Assembly (NCBI GenBank): GCA_963555825.3 | Contig: CAUVXB020000001.1 | Span: 512,001 to 576,000 of the forward strand | Direction: 5' to 3' | DNA from: Alphaproteobacteria bacterium | Lineage (GTDB): Bacteria; Pseudomonadota; Alphaproteobacteria; JAAXGF01 | Length of the DNA stretch: 64,000 bases | Part shown: piece by piece, positions 39,102 to 49,240 of the stretch | Position numbering within the stretch: position 1 is the stretch's first letter | Layout of the letters: each line of letters starts with the position of its first letter | Position numbers and translations under genes: made by a program | The notes under the pieces: model-generated | What the model was told of the DNA's origin: nothing | Database searches by the model: none | Seen by the model: the letters and a program-made list of their open reading frames with translations, nothing else

Positions 39102-39944
39102 GTGGCCGGGGACATGCCCTTCCTGCGCGTCGACGACGTCTCCAAGACGTTCGAGGGCGATGCTCGCCACAACGACATCCACGTCATCGACAACGTCTCC
39201 ATGGACGTGGAGGCGGGCGAGTTCGTGGTCTATCTCGGGCCGTCGGGCTGCGGCAAGACGACGCTAATGCGCATCGTCGGCGGCCTCGAGACGGCGACCG
39301 ACGGGACCATCTACCTCGCCGGCAATAAGGTTGTCGGCCCCGACCGCAAGAAGGGCATGGTGTTCCAGGCCTACACCTCGTTTCCCTGGCTGACCGTGCA
39401 CGAAAACATCCGCTTCGGAACCCGCTACCGCGACGACATCGGAGACGCCGAGAAGGAAGCGATTACGCGCCACTATCTCGACCTGGTCGGCCTCGCCGAT
39501 TTCGCCAATTACTACGTCAACCGCATCTCGGGCGGCATGCGCCAGCGGGTCGCCATCGCCCGCACCCTGGCCGCCGCGCCGGACATCCTGCTGATGGACG
39601 AGCCGTTCGGTGCGCTCGACGCCCAGACCCGCGAGTTCCTTCAGGACCAGCTTCTCGAGATCAACCGCGAGGAGCGCAAGACCACCGTATTCGTCACCCA
39701 CGACGTCGACGAGGCGGTCTATCTCGCCGATCGCATCTTCATGTTCTCGGCGCGCCCGGCGACCATCATCGAGGAGATCAGGGTGGCCGAACACATCACC
39801 GGCGAACGCACCATGGAAACCAAGGAATCCGAGGCCTTCTTCCATCTGCGGAACCACGTTCGCGACCTCATGCGCGACCAGGCGCGGCGCACCGAGGCGA
39901 TGGCACAGCAGGAGATCATGACCGCCGACGCGGCGGCGACATGA
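39102..39944 (+). CDS. ABC ATPase (SsuB/TauB-like)
   Basis: GPSGCGKT, ISGGMRQR, LLMDEPFGALD. Confidence 0.93.
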   Translation: MAGDMPFLRVDDVSKTFEGDARHNDIHVIDNVSMDVEAGEFVVYLGPSGCGKTTLMRIVGGLETATDGTIYLAGNKVVGPDRKKGMVFQAYTSFPWLTVHENIRFGTRYRDDIGDAEKEAITRHYLDLVGLADFANYYVNRISGGMRQRVAIARTLAAAPDILLMDEPFGALDAQTREFLQDQLLEINREERKTTVFVTHDVDEAVYLADRIFMFSARPATIIEEIRVAEHITGERTMETKESEAFFHLRNHVRDLMRDQARRTEAMAQQEIMTADAAAT

Positions 39945-40735
39945 CGGCGCTCGACTTCACCGGCAAGCCCAGCTTCACCGGCAAGAAGGTGCTGGTGACC
40001 GGCGCGAGCCGCGGCATCGGCTATGGCGTCGCGCGCGGCTTCGCCACGGCCGGCGCCGATCTCACGATCATCGCGAGCGGTGAGGCGATCCACGAGGCCG
40101 CTGGGACCCTGGCCGCCGAGACCGGCGCCTCGGTAACGGGGCTGGTTTGCGACATCACCGACCGCGCCGCCGTCGCCAAACAAATCGGTGGCCTCGGCCG
40201 GCTCGACGTCCTGGTCAACAACGCGGGCTACGAGCGGCTGACGCCGATTCTCGAACCGGGTGACGAGGTCGAGGCGACCTTCCGGCGCATTATCGAGATC
40301 AACGTCATCGGCACCTATTACGTGACGCGCGAAGTGGTGGCGACCATGGAGGCCGGCGGACGCATCGTGATCACGGCCTCGGTGTGGGGCAAGACGGGCG
40401 CCGCCGAGTTCACCGGCTATTGCGCGTCGAAGCACGCCAATATCGGCTTCATGCGCGCGCTCGCCGACGAGCTTGGGCCGCGCGGCATCGCGGTCAACGC
40501 GGTCTGCCCCGGCTGGGTGCGCACCGAGGCGGCGATGCGCTCGCTGGCCCGGATCGCCCAGGCCGAAGGGCGCGGCGAGGACGACTGCCTCGCCGACATC
40601 CTGTCGGCCCAGGCCTTCGAAGGCCTCATGGAACCGGACGACGTCGCCTCGACGTACCTCTTTCTCGCCTCCGACGCCGCCGCCAACGTCACTGGTCAGG
40701 CGCTCAACGTCGACCGGGGCGAGCTATTCGCTTAA
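39941..40735 (+). CDS. SDR family oxidoreductase
   Basis: TGASRGIG, NNAG, YCASK. Confidence 0.92.
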   Translation: MTALDFTGKPSFTGKKVLVTGASRGIGYGVARGFATAGADLTIIASGEAIHEAAGTLAAETGASVTGLVCDITDRAAVAKQIGGLGRLDVLVNNAGYERLTPILEPGDEVEATFRRIIEINVIGTYYVTREVVATMEAGGRIVITASVWGKTGAAEFTGYCASKHANIGFMRALADELGPRGIAVNAVCPGWVRTEAAMRSLARIAQAEGRGEDDCLADILSAQAFEGLMEPDDVASTYLFLASDAAANVTGQALNVDRGELFA

Positions 40736-40747
40736 GGTACGGGGGTC

Positions 40748-41521
40748 ATGCCACACTGGCTGCGCTTCGAACATCAGGGACACATCGGCTTCGGCACGCT
40801 CGCCGACGCGGCGATCGCGATTCACGACGGCGACATGTTCGACGATCCGACACCGACGGGTACGACACTGGCGCTGGGCGACGTCAAGCTGCTGACGCCG
40901 ACCGTGCCGGGCAAGATGATCGCGCTGTGGAACAACTTCCACGCGCTGGCCGCGAAGCTCGATCTGACGCCGCCCGATGAGCCGCTCTATTTCCTCAAGG
41001 CAGGCACGTCGTTCCTGGCCACCGGCGAGACCATCCGGCGCCCCAAGGCTTACGACGGCCGGGTCATCTACGAGGGCGAACTCGGCATCGTCATCGGCAA
41101 GCGCTGCGCCGGCGTGTCGTTGGACGAGGCGGCCGACTGCGTCTTCGGCTACACCTGCATCAACGACGTCACCGCGGTCGACCTGTTGAACAAGGACCCG
41201 ACGTTCCAACAATGGGCGCGCGCCAAGAGCTTCGACGGCTTCGGCGTGTTCGGGCCGGTCGTCGCGACCGATATCGACCCCGCCGCCTGCACCGTGAAGG
41301 TGGTGCTCAACGGCGATCTGCGCCAGGACTACCGCTTAAGCGACATGATCCATCCGCCGCTCGCCCTGGTCAGCCTGCTGTCGCACGACATGACGCTGAT
41401 GCCCGGCGACGTCATCGCCTGCGGCACCTCGGTCGGCGTCGGCTCGATGAAACAGGCGCGCAACACGGTCGAGGTCACGATCGAGGGCATCGGCACGCTG
41501 AGCAACGTCTTCGCGCAATAG
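40748..41521 (+). CDS. fumarylacetoacetate hydrolase family protein
   Basis: YEGELG, GYTCINDVTA, AKSFDGF, PGDVIACGT. Confidence 0.92.
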   Translation: MPHWLRFEHQGHIGFGTLADAAIAIHDGDMFDDPTPTGTTLALGDVKLLTPTVPGKMIALWNNFHALAAKLDLTPPDEPLYFLKAGTSFLATGETIRRPKAYDGRVIYEGELGIVIGKRCAGVSLDEAADCVFGYTCINDVTAVDLLNKDPTFQQWARAKSFDGFGVFGPVVATDIDPAACTVKVVLNGDLRQDYRLSDMIHPPLALVSLLSHDMTLMPGDVIACGTSVGVGSMKQARNTVEVTIEGIGTLSNVFAQ

Positions 41522-41575
41522 ACGGCGCGACGGCGGCGGGGAGTCCACCGCGGCATCGTGCTCTATATTATGGTA

Positions 41576-42756
41576 TAATACCAGTGAGCGCCTGAATTGA
41601 CTCTCGGGATATTCATTGATGGCGGATGATGGCGGATTGTGATTCTATGGTCTCCCACCAGATGTGGGGGATGTCATGGGATCAGCACTCAAGATACGGG
41701 ATGATTTGACGCCTTTGGAGCTTCGGCGCTGGGCTCGCGTGGAATCGTACGGTCGAGCGGCGGCGCGGGCCTATGGGATCGCGAATGCTTTGGAGGAGAT
41801 GCCCCGGGCTGATGCCGCGCGGCTTGCGGGGATGGATCGCCAAACGCTTCGCGACGCGGTTGTTCGTTACAATGCAAAGGGATTGGAGGGGCTTCACGAC
41901 CGTCCAAAGGGCTACTCGCCGCGGCGGCTGACGGCAGACGAGGAAGCGGCGCTGGCGGCGGTCATCATCGCCGGGCCGGAGCCTGAGCGCGACGGGGTTT
42001 GCGCCTGGACCCGGGCCGATCTGTGCCGCTGGCTGGAGGAGCGCTTCGCCAAGACCTACCACCCCTCGAGCATGACCCGGGTTCTACGGCGGATGGGATT
42101 TTCCCGCCAGAAGGCGCGCCCGAGCCACCCGCGAAGGGACGCCGAAGCGCAGGAGCGCTTCAAAAAAGGGGGCTTCGCGACATCCTGAAGGCGACCGCCG
42201 CGGCGCATCCCGACAAGCGCCTACAGCTGTGGTTTCAGGATGAAGCGCGCGTCGGCAACAAGGGCCGGGTGTGTCACCGGTGGTGGCGCAGGGGCGAGCG
42301 TGCCCCCGGGACGCGTCAAATCGGCTACCAGTGGGCCTACATCTTCTCCGCCGTGCGCCCGGACACCGGCGACGACGTCACCCTGGTGATGCCGAGCGTC
42401 AACGCCAAGGTCATGGACCTGTTTCTCGCACACTTCGCCGATACCCTGGACCAGGATGCGCACGCCGTCATGATGTGCGACGGCGCCGGTTGGCACGACG
42501 AGCGCGCCCTCACCGTCCCCGACAACGTCACCTTGGCGCTGTTGCCGCCTTACAGTCCCGAACTCAACCCCGTCGAGCGGGTTTGGCTCTACCTACGCGA
42601 ACGCTTCCTATCGCTCCGCGTCCTCGACGACACCGAGGCCATCATCGACGCCTGTTGCCAAGCATGGATCGACCTCATCGCAGAACCGGATCGTATGCGA
42701 ACCCTCTGCGCCTATCCATGGATCATGAAGGTGATTTCATAGGCTCACTGGTATTA
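41576..42756 (+). mobile_element. IS630-family element, complete, TA target
   Basis: TAATACCAGTGAGC ... GCTCACTGGTATTA. Confidence 0.92.
41676..42742 (+). CDS. IS630 transposase, two ORFs joined by a probable programmed -1 frameshift at AAAAAAGGGGG (~42162-42172)
   Basis: HTH ORF ends FKKGG; second frame has WFQDEAR, DGAGWH, YSPELNPVE. Confidence 0.88.
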
Positions 42757-42782
42757 GGAGGGATTTCGACATGGGAGGCGAC

Positions 42783-43793
42783 ATGAAAATCTGCGTTGTC
42801 GGCGCCGGCGCCATCGGTGGCTTGATGGCCGCGAAGTTGAGCCTGGCCGGCGAGGACGTCACGGTCGTCGATCAGGGCGCGCATCTCGCGGCGATCCAGG
42901 CCGATGGGCTCAAGCTCGTCTGGCACGACGGCAGCCTGCTGCACGCGCGCGACATCAAGGCAGCCGCGAGCCTTGAGGACGCCGGGCCGCAGGACTTGGT
43001 CATCCTGGCGCTCAAGGCGCACTATCTCGAAGCCGTCGCGCGCCAGATGCCGGCGCTCACCGGGCCGGACACGGCGATCTTGACGGTGCAGAACGGCATT
43101 CCGTGGTGGTACTTCCACAAGCATGGCGGGCCGTTCGACGGCCATCGCCTGGATTCACTCGATCCCACCGGCCTTCTGCAGAAGCATATCGACGGCGACC
43201 GCATCGTCGGCTGCGTCGTCTACCCGGCCGCCGAGGTCACCGAGCCGGGCGTCATCCGCCATGTCGAGGGCGACCGGTTCCCACTCGGCGAGCTCGATGG
43301 CGAGACATCCCAGCGCGCGAAAACCCTCTGCACGCTGCTCGAAGGCGCCGGTTTCCGCTCGCGCGTAATCGATGACATCCGATCCGAGATCTGGCTCAAG
43401 GCGTGGGGCAATCTCTCGTTCAACCCGATCAGCGCGCTGACCCAGGCGACACTGGTCGACATCTGCCAGTTCGGCGAGACGCGCGCGCTCGCGGCGGCGA
43501 TGATGGGCGAGGCCCAGGCGATCGCCGAGCAGCTCGGCGTCAGCTTCCGTCACACCATCGAGAAACGCATCGCCGGCGCCGAACAGGTCGGCGCGCACAA
43601 GACGTCGATGCTGCAGGACGTTCAGGCGGGCCGTTCGCTCGAGGTCGAGGCTTTGTTGGGCGCGGTCCTCGAAATCGGCGCGCTGACCGCGACGCCGGCG
43701 CCGGCGATCCAAGCGGTTTACGCCTGCGTCAAGCTGTTGAACAAGACGATCTTGATGCAGGGCACGGGCATTAGTCCGAGCGCGGTCGCCTGA
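42783..43793 (+). CDS. 2-dehydropantoate 2-reductase family (PanE2/oxalyl-CoA reductase-like)
   Basis: VGAGAIGG, QNGIPWWYF, KAWGNLSFNP, HKTSMLQD. Confidence 0.88.
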   Translation: MKICVVGAGAIGGLMAAKLSLAGEDVTVVDQGAHLAAIQADGLKLVWHDGSLLHARDIKAAASLEDAGPQDLVILALKAHYLEAVARQMPALTGPDTAILTVQNGIPWWYFHKHGGPFDGHRLDSLDPTGLLQKHIDGDRIVGCVVYPAAEVTEPGVIRHVEGDRFPLGELDGETSQRAKTLCTLLEGAGFRSRVIDDIRSEIWLKAWGNLSFNPISALTQATLVDICQFGETRALAAAMMGEAQAIAEQLGVSFRHTIEKRIAGAEQVGAHKTSMLQDVQAGRSLEVEALLGAVLEIGALTATPAPAIQAVYACVKLLNKTILMQGTGISPSAVA

Positions 43794-43805
43794 CCGCAGC
43801 CCGGA

Positions 43806-44687
43806 TCAACCGAGCGCCGCGCGCAAGGCGGCGATGTAGTCGGGGCCGATGCCGCAGCAGCCGCCGATGATGTCGGCGCCGGCGGCGCGCCAGTCGCGCG
43901 CGAGATCGGTGTAGATTGCCGGGCTCATGTCTTCGCGAATCGGCTGTTCGCCTTCGGCGCCCATCTCGTAATCGGCTGACACGGGCACGAAAGCGTTGGC
44001 GTAGGCGCCGACGCGAGCACTGGTCGCGGCGCGCAACGCGGGCAGTGCGCGGGTCACCGCTTCGGGGACGCAGCAGTTGAACAGCAGGGCCTCGACCGCC
44101 AGGCCATCGAGCGCCGCCAGCGCCTCGGCAACCGTCTCGCCCGAGCGCAGGCGGCCGTTCGCCGCGTCGTCGAGTGACCAGCTGACCCAGACGGGCTTGC
44201 CGGTCGTTGCCGCGCCGCGCGCGGCGCCCAGTGCCTCGGCGGCGCTCGACATCGTCTCGCAGATCAGCAGGTCGACGCCGCGCGCAAGCCGCCGGGCGAT
44301 ATGGCTGTAGACCTTCGCGATCTCGTCGGGCGCGCCGACCTTGTCGGGACGGTAACTGGTGTCGAGCGGCGGCAGCGATCCGGCGATGCGCACCGGGACG
44401 CCGGCCTTCTCGCGCGCCTCGCATGCCAGCGCGACCGCCGTGTCGGTCAGTTCGTCGAGGCGGTCCGCCATGTCCTCCATCGCCAGCAGGCTGGGCACGA
44501 CGCCGTAGTTGCTGGTGGTGATCACGTCGGCGCCCGCCGCGATGAACTCGACGTGGATGTCGCGTACCGCCTCGGGGTGATCGATCAGCGCCGAGCCCGA
44601 CCAGATCGTCGCCGCCTCGATCAGCCCGCGGCGCTGAAGCTCTCGGCCCATGCCGCCATCGAGCAGAATGAAATCGGGTGCTGTCAT
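43806..44687 (-). CDS. homocysteine S-methyltransferase family protein
   Basis: LLDGGMG, AGADVITT, FNCC, IGGCCGIGP. Confidence 0.92.
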   Translation of the reverse strand: MTAPDFILLDGGMGRELQRRGLIEAATIWSGSALIDHPEAVRDIHVEFIAAGADVITTSNYGVVPSLLAMEDMADRLDELTDTAVALACEAREKAGVPVRIAGSLPPLDTSYRPDKVGAPDEIAKVYSHIARRLARGVDLLICETMSSAAEALGAARGAATTGKPVWVSWSLDDAANGRLRSGETVAEALAALDGLAVEALLFNCCVPEAVTRALPALRAATSARVGAYANAFVPVSADYEMGAEGEQPIREDMSPAIYTDLARDWRAAGADIIGGCCGIGPDYIAALRAALG

Positions 44688-44709
44688 CGGAGGTCGTCCG
44701 CCATGGCGC

Positions 44710-46932
44710 CTATTTGGTCAGCGCGATGTAGACACCATCCCAGTCGGGTGGCGGCGGCGTGATTTCGAATTCGGCGATGCGCGCCTCATATAGATCATAA
44801 AGGGCGTTCAACTCGTGCCGCGCGCCGGCAATACGGCAGCGGGTGATCTGTTCGCGCGCCTCGCGCCATCGCTGCCCGCGATAGGCGTCGAGCATTCGAC
44901 TGTGAAGTCCGCTCAACTTCTGAAACGCGTCGTCCCGGGTGAGCTGCGCCAACCCGATGAGGGCATAGATACGCGACGCCAGCGCCTTGCCCTTGACCCG
45001 GATGAGGTCGAGCTCGAGCACGGCGAGGTCGTCGGCCATCTCGTAGGTGTTGTCGCTGACGATGATGGTGACGCCATAGGTTCGGCACTGGGCCTCGAGT
45101 CGCGAGGCGAGGTTCACGTCGTCGCCGATCACTGAATACATGAAGCGCTGGTCCGAACCCATGTTGCCGACGATGCACTTGCCGGTGTTGAGGCCGATGC
45201 CGATATCGATGTCGACGAAGGGCTTGCCTTGCTCGGTGGCGTCCTCGCTGAGTTTCTTGTTGAGCTTCTCCAGGCCATCGAGCATGTCGAGCGCCGCGTT
45301 GCACATGTGCCGCGCGTGGTCGTCATCGTCGAGCGGCGCATTCCAGAACGCCATCACCGCGTCGCCCATGTACTTGTCGATGGTGCCGCCCGATGCGAGG
45401 ATGCGGTCGGTCATCGCCGTGAAGTAGCGGTTGACGATATGCGTCAGCCCCGCGGGGTCGTCCTTGAAGGTTTCCGATATCTGCGTGAAGCCGCGGATGT
45501 CCGAAAACAGGATCGACATCGGCTTGATCTCGCCGCCGAGCTTCAACTGCTCGGGGTGCTCGGCGAGCTGCTCGACGAGCACCGGCGACAGGTAATGTGA
45601 GAAGGCGTCGCGCACTTGGCGGCGCTCGGACTCGGAGCGCAGATAGACCAGCAGCGTTTGGGACAGGAACACCATGCCCGCGACGAGCGACGGGACGACC
45701 GGGTCGACCAGCCAGCCGAGCGTGTCGAAGGCGTACCATGATCCGCCGACCGCCACCACCGTCGTCAGGCCGCCCAGCAGGGTGCTCCAAATTGCGCCGA
45801 TGCGCGGCAGCATGAGAGTCAGCGCGAGCCCCAGCACGAGCATGAAGAGGAGCTCGGCGCCGGTGGCGAAATCGGGCCGCTGCAGGAACTCGCCGGTCAT
45901 GATGTGCTCGATGACCTGGGCGTGGATTTCCACGCCGGGGGTGACTGGATCGAGCGGCGTCGCCCGGATGTCGTGCAGGCCCTGGGCACTGGTGCCGACA
46001 AGGATGATCTGTCCCCTGACCCTTTCAGGATTGAAATCTGGTTCCAATACTTCCCAGGCCGGGATGTAGCGATTGGGCGTCCTCGGTGAGTAATGCACGA
46101 AAAGGCGGCCGTTCGCGTCGGTCGGTACGACCAGCCTGCCAATTCGAATGTTGTTGATTCCGGTCTGCTTGCCGAACGCCGTCTCACCGCTCGCACCGGA
46201 CGATTTGATCAGGTGGCTTTTGGCGCCTTGGGCGACGCGCAATGCCTCGGCCGAGAGTGAAGGGTAGAGCGTGTCGCCGATGCGGACGACCAGCGGGACG
46301 CGCCGGATGACTTGGTCGCGGTCGGGCGTGCCGACCAGCGAGCCGTTGCCCGCCGCGGCGGCCTCGATCTCGGGCAGGTTGGTGGCGGCGCCGCCATAGG
46401 CCACCATGAAGGGCCGCGGGTCGTCGCCGGCGAAGGCGACGGTGCCCTTGACCATGGGCAAATTGGGGCCCGGTTCACGGGTCAGAATGAATCCCGTCAC
46501 GACGCGCGCCTGGGTCATCGCTTCGGCGAGCATGCCGTCGTGCGACGGCAGCGCATCGACGCGTTTGCGCAGGGCTTCGACCTCGGGAAGCGGCGGCCAG
46601 AGTGGCAGGATGCGCTCGGGCGACGTGCGGTCGTGCTCGGCGAAGACGATGTCGAGCGCGATCACCGCGGCGCCTGCACGGCCTAGCCGGCGGACCAGAT
46701 CGGCCATGGTATGGCGCGGCCACGGCCATTGACCGAGCCGCGCCAAAGACTCCTCGTCAATGTCGACGATCTTGACCGGCAACGTCGGATCGTAGGGACG
46801 CGGTTTGATGCGCTGGTAGGTGTCGAAAATCAGCCAGCGGACCTGCTCGATCGGCAGCGGATCCTGGACGCGCACGACGAGCCCCAGGAACAAGATTAGA
46901 TAAGGGATAAGACTCAGAAGACGGCGTTTCAT
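44710..46932 (-). CDS. CHASE2-domain class III adenylate/guanylate cyclase
   Basis: DIDEESL..LGQWPWPR, TM helices, FSDIRGFT, DKYMGDAVMAFWNAP, GDDVNLASRLE. Confidence 0.93.
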   Translation of the reverse strand: MKRRLLSLIPYLILFLGLVVRVQDPLPIEQVRWLIFDTYQRIKPRPYDPTLPVKIVDIDEESLARLGQWPWPRHTMADLVRRLGRAGAAVIALDIVFAEHDRTSPERILPLWPPLPEVEALRKRVDALPSHDGMLAEAMTQARVVTGFILTREPGPNLPMVKGTVAFAGDDPRPFMVAYGGAATNLPEIEAAAAGNGSLVGTPDRDQVIRRVPLVVRIGDTLYPSLSAEALRVAQGAKSHLIKSSGASGETAFGKQTGINNIRIGRLVVPTDANGRLFVHYSPRTPNRYIPAWEVLEPDFNPERVRGQIILVGTSAQGLHDIRATPLDPVTPGVEIHAQVIEHIMTGEFLQRPDFATGAELLFMLVLGLALTLMLPRIGAIWSTLLGGLTTVVAVGGSWYAFDTLGWLVDPVVPSLVAGMVFLSQTLLVYLRSESERRQVRDAFSHYLSPVLVEQLAEHPEQLKLGGEIKPMSILFSDIRGFTQISETFKDDPAGLTHIVNRYFTAMTDRILASGGTIDKYMGDAVMAFWNAPLDDDDHARHMCNAALDMLDGLEKLNKKLSEDATEQGKPFVDIDIGIGLNTGKCIVGNMGSDQRFMYSVIGDDVNLASRLEAQCRTYGVTIIVSDNTYEMADDLAVLELDLIRVKGKALASRIYALIGLAQLTRDDAFQKLSGLHSRMLDAYRGQRWREAREQITRCRIAGARHELNALYDLYEARIAEFEITPPPPDWDGVYIALTK

Positions 46933-47030
46933 GGCCGCATGGTACGCAAGCGAGGCGGCCGACTAAACAGTTCTTTATAGGGCACGCCCGGAAACCGCTT
47001 CAGGCTGCGTTGCAATGCCGCAAGGTCAAG

Positions 47031-47939
47031 TTATAACTTACCCTTACCCTTGCCCTTTGTCTTGCCCGGCGGCTCAAAAGTCACCGGGTCGCGGTTTTTC
47101 GTCAGCCCGTCGGGAATGCTTTTAATGAAAGGCTTTGGCACGAACCCGGCGCCGGTCAGGATCGGAGCGAATCCGCCGACCGTGGGCGGCGGTGGCGGCG
47201 GCCCACCGCCAGGCGGTGGGGGTGGTGGCGGCCCGCCGCCTCCTCCGCCGGGATCCGGGACGCTCGTCTGTTGGGGAACATTCTGCACCGGCACGAGCCG
47301 TTTGCTGTTCAGGAACAACGCGTAGAGTGAATTGTCCGCCTCTTCGAGGACAATCGTGCCTGAGGTGTCGTCGCTTTCAACGTTAGAGAACTCAGAACCG
47401 TCGGTAACGACGTAGGTGCCCGGTTGGTCGAGCGAGATGCACTCGCCGCCCGAATTGCAAATGTCGGCGGCGCCGTGTACCAGCTTCAAGAGCACGTTGT
47501 TCTTGTTGACGCGCCACTCGATGATCGTGCCGCGCACGCCCATGGTGGCGATCGGTGTTTCGATCAGGTACGACGACGGATCGACCGAGCCTGTAATGAA
47601 GCGGAACGCCCCCTTGGTGGTCGACAACACGAACTCGCCGGTGTTGCTGTCGGGATCGAAGACGAACTTGTCGAGCATCATGCTCGAATCGGGACCCATG
47701 GTCAGGGTCGTTTCGTCGAGGAACATGAGCTGGGTCGTGCTCTCTTTCCAGGTTTCGATCGTCTCGTCCTGGAAGATGCCCGAGCCGATGCCGAGCTCGC
47801 GCGGGTCTCCGCCAAGTGTCCCGGTCACTTTGTTTGTTACAGAGGAAGTTACGCCAATATTCTCCGCTGCCGTCGCGGAGACGGCGGAATACAAGACCAG
47901 ACTCGCCGCGACGGCGATCGATCCGTAATTGGCGCGCAT
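47031..47939 (-). CDS. secreted FecR-domain protein with Gly/Pro-rich linker
   Basis: Signal peptide; LMFLDETTLTMG, GAFRFITG, TPIATMGVRGT; TGATG coupling to the upstream gene. Confidence 0.88.
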   Translation of the reverse strand: MRANYGSIAVAASLVLYSAVSATAAENIGVTSSVTNKVTGTLGGDPRELGIGSGIFQDETIETWKESTTQLMFLDETTLTMGPDSSMMLDKFVFDPDSNTGEFVLSTTKGAFRFITGSVDPSSYLIETPIATMGVRGTIIEWRVNKNNVLLKLVHGAADICNSGGECISLDQPGTYVVTDGSEFSNVESDDTSGTIVLEEADNSLYALFLNSKRLVPVQNVPQQTSVPDPGGGGGGPPPPPPPGGGPPPPPPTVGGFAPILTGAGFVPKPFIKSIPDGLTKNRDPVTFEPPGKTKGKGKGKL

Positions 47940-49198
47940 CAGAACCTCCAAACCAATGATACACCAGCTACGTGATTTTCAAAATCCTCAAAATCGTCGT
48001 TAGAGAGATTGGTTTGATACTGGTAGGACACGATAATGTCTTGGTTCTCGAGCAACACGCGCGAGAAGATGATCTGCGCACCAGGCGAAAGGTAAACATC
48101 CTCGCGATCCTCCGACGTTTCCCGACCGGCCGGGTCGATCACCGACTCGTTGTAGTCCTCGTAATACCCGGTCAGATTGACGCCGATGTAGATTTCAGGC
48201 GTGAACGGGAAGTAGTAGTCGTCCCGACCGCCAATCTGCTGATAGTTGAGTGGAAAGGTGTCGCCGCTGGCGCCGGTGCCCGTACCGCCAGCACCCTCGG
48301 TGCCGTTAAAACGATAGAGCGGATTGAGAATCAGCGAATCATTTGCCGTGGCTAGGCCAGTGATCACGAAGCGCGGATTGATCTCGAGCACGTAAGCATT
48401 GCTCCCGGCGATTTCGTCGTCGATCCGGTCGAAGACGGCGCGCAGGTTGAGGCTCTCGAAGACACCGCCGTTGGTCGCTTCAATAGCGACCGAGAACGCG
48501 CCCTCGTAAAAGAACTCCTCGCTGTCCAGAATTGCGTAGGATGCGCCGACCGCCGGATGGATGTCCCAGCCCTCGGTTAGCTCGAACACAGGCCCCGTCC
48601 GCATCCCGAGGTTGACGAAGTCAATCTCGCCGAACTTGGCGTGCCAGTTGCTGAACAAATCACCGTTGGTGCGCCACCTGGTCTCGCCGAACTTGCGATT
48701 GTCGGTGACGAGGGCTCGGCCGGACAGAACGCTATCGTCAGTGCTGCTGTTCGTGTCGACCTCGTGCTGTGGATTGCTTTCGTACTGCCCGCCGATCACG
48801 ACGGTGATCTCGGTCTTGTCGGGCTCGAGCAAAAGCCGGCGCACGCGGCGGATGCCGTTCTGGGCCTCCTCGTTGTCCGGGTCGGTCGCGAGAATGCGTT
48901 CGTAGGCCGCCAGCGCCTTGCGCAGCTCGCCGCGCTCGCGCGCCAGGCTGGCGTAGCGGAAGTTGAGGTCGGTATTGGTCGGATCCTGCAGCAACTGCTC
49001 GAACACGCGGCGTAGTTCCTGCCGTGTCGGCTCCTGCGCCCAGGCGTCGCCGGACGCCAGAGCCATTGCCGCCGCCATGACCATGAACACGAATGGATGT
49101 ACGCCGAGTCGAAACCGTCGGGCCAAAGCTCCCCTCCCACCTACTCGCCAGCGAGCCGACCCGAAATTGATCGGCACACCGGAAGAACTAAGTACCAT
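47939..49198 (-). CDS. TPR + outer-membrane beta-barrel protein; start uncertain
   Basis: Signal peptide (..AWA), TPR (DPTNTDLNFRYA...ALAAYERIL), beta-rich remainder ending VSLVWRF. Confidence 0.8.
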   Translation of the reverse strand: MVLSSSGVPINFGSARWRVGGRGALARRFRLGVHPFVFMVMAAAMALASGDAWAQEPTRQELRRVFEQLLQDPTNTDLNFRYASLARERGELRKALAAYERILATDPDNEEAQNGIRRVRRLLLEPDKTEITVVIGGQYESNPQHEVDTNSSTDDSVLSGRALVTDNRKFGETRWRTNGDLFSNWHAKFGEIDFVNLGMRTGPVFELTEGWDIHPAVGASYAILDSEEFFYEGAFSVAIEATNGGVFESLNLRAVFDRIDDEIAGSNAYVLEINPRFVITGLATANDSLILNPLYRFNGTEGAGGTGTGASGDTFPLNYQQIGGRDDYYFPFTPEIYIGVNLTGYYEDYNESVIDPAGRETSEDREDVYLSPGAQIIFSRVLLENQDIIVSYQYQTNLSNDDFEDFENHVAGVSLVWRF

Positions 49199-49240
49199 CT
49201 AAAATTCTGCGTTAAGTAACCATAACTTAGCGGAATTTGG

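Noticed and set aside
47183-47252. Microsatellite or phase-variable tract in the FecR gene
   Set aside because: Gly/Pro codons are synonymously mixed, so selection acts at the protein level rather than through a slippage tract.
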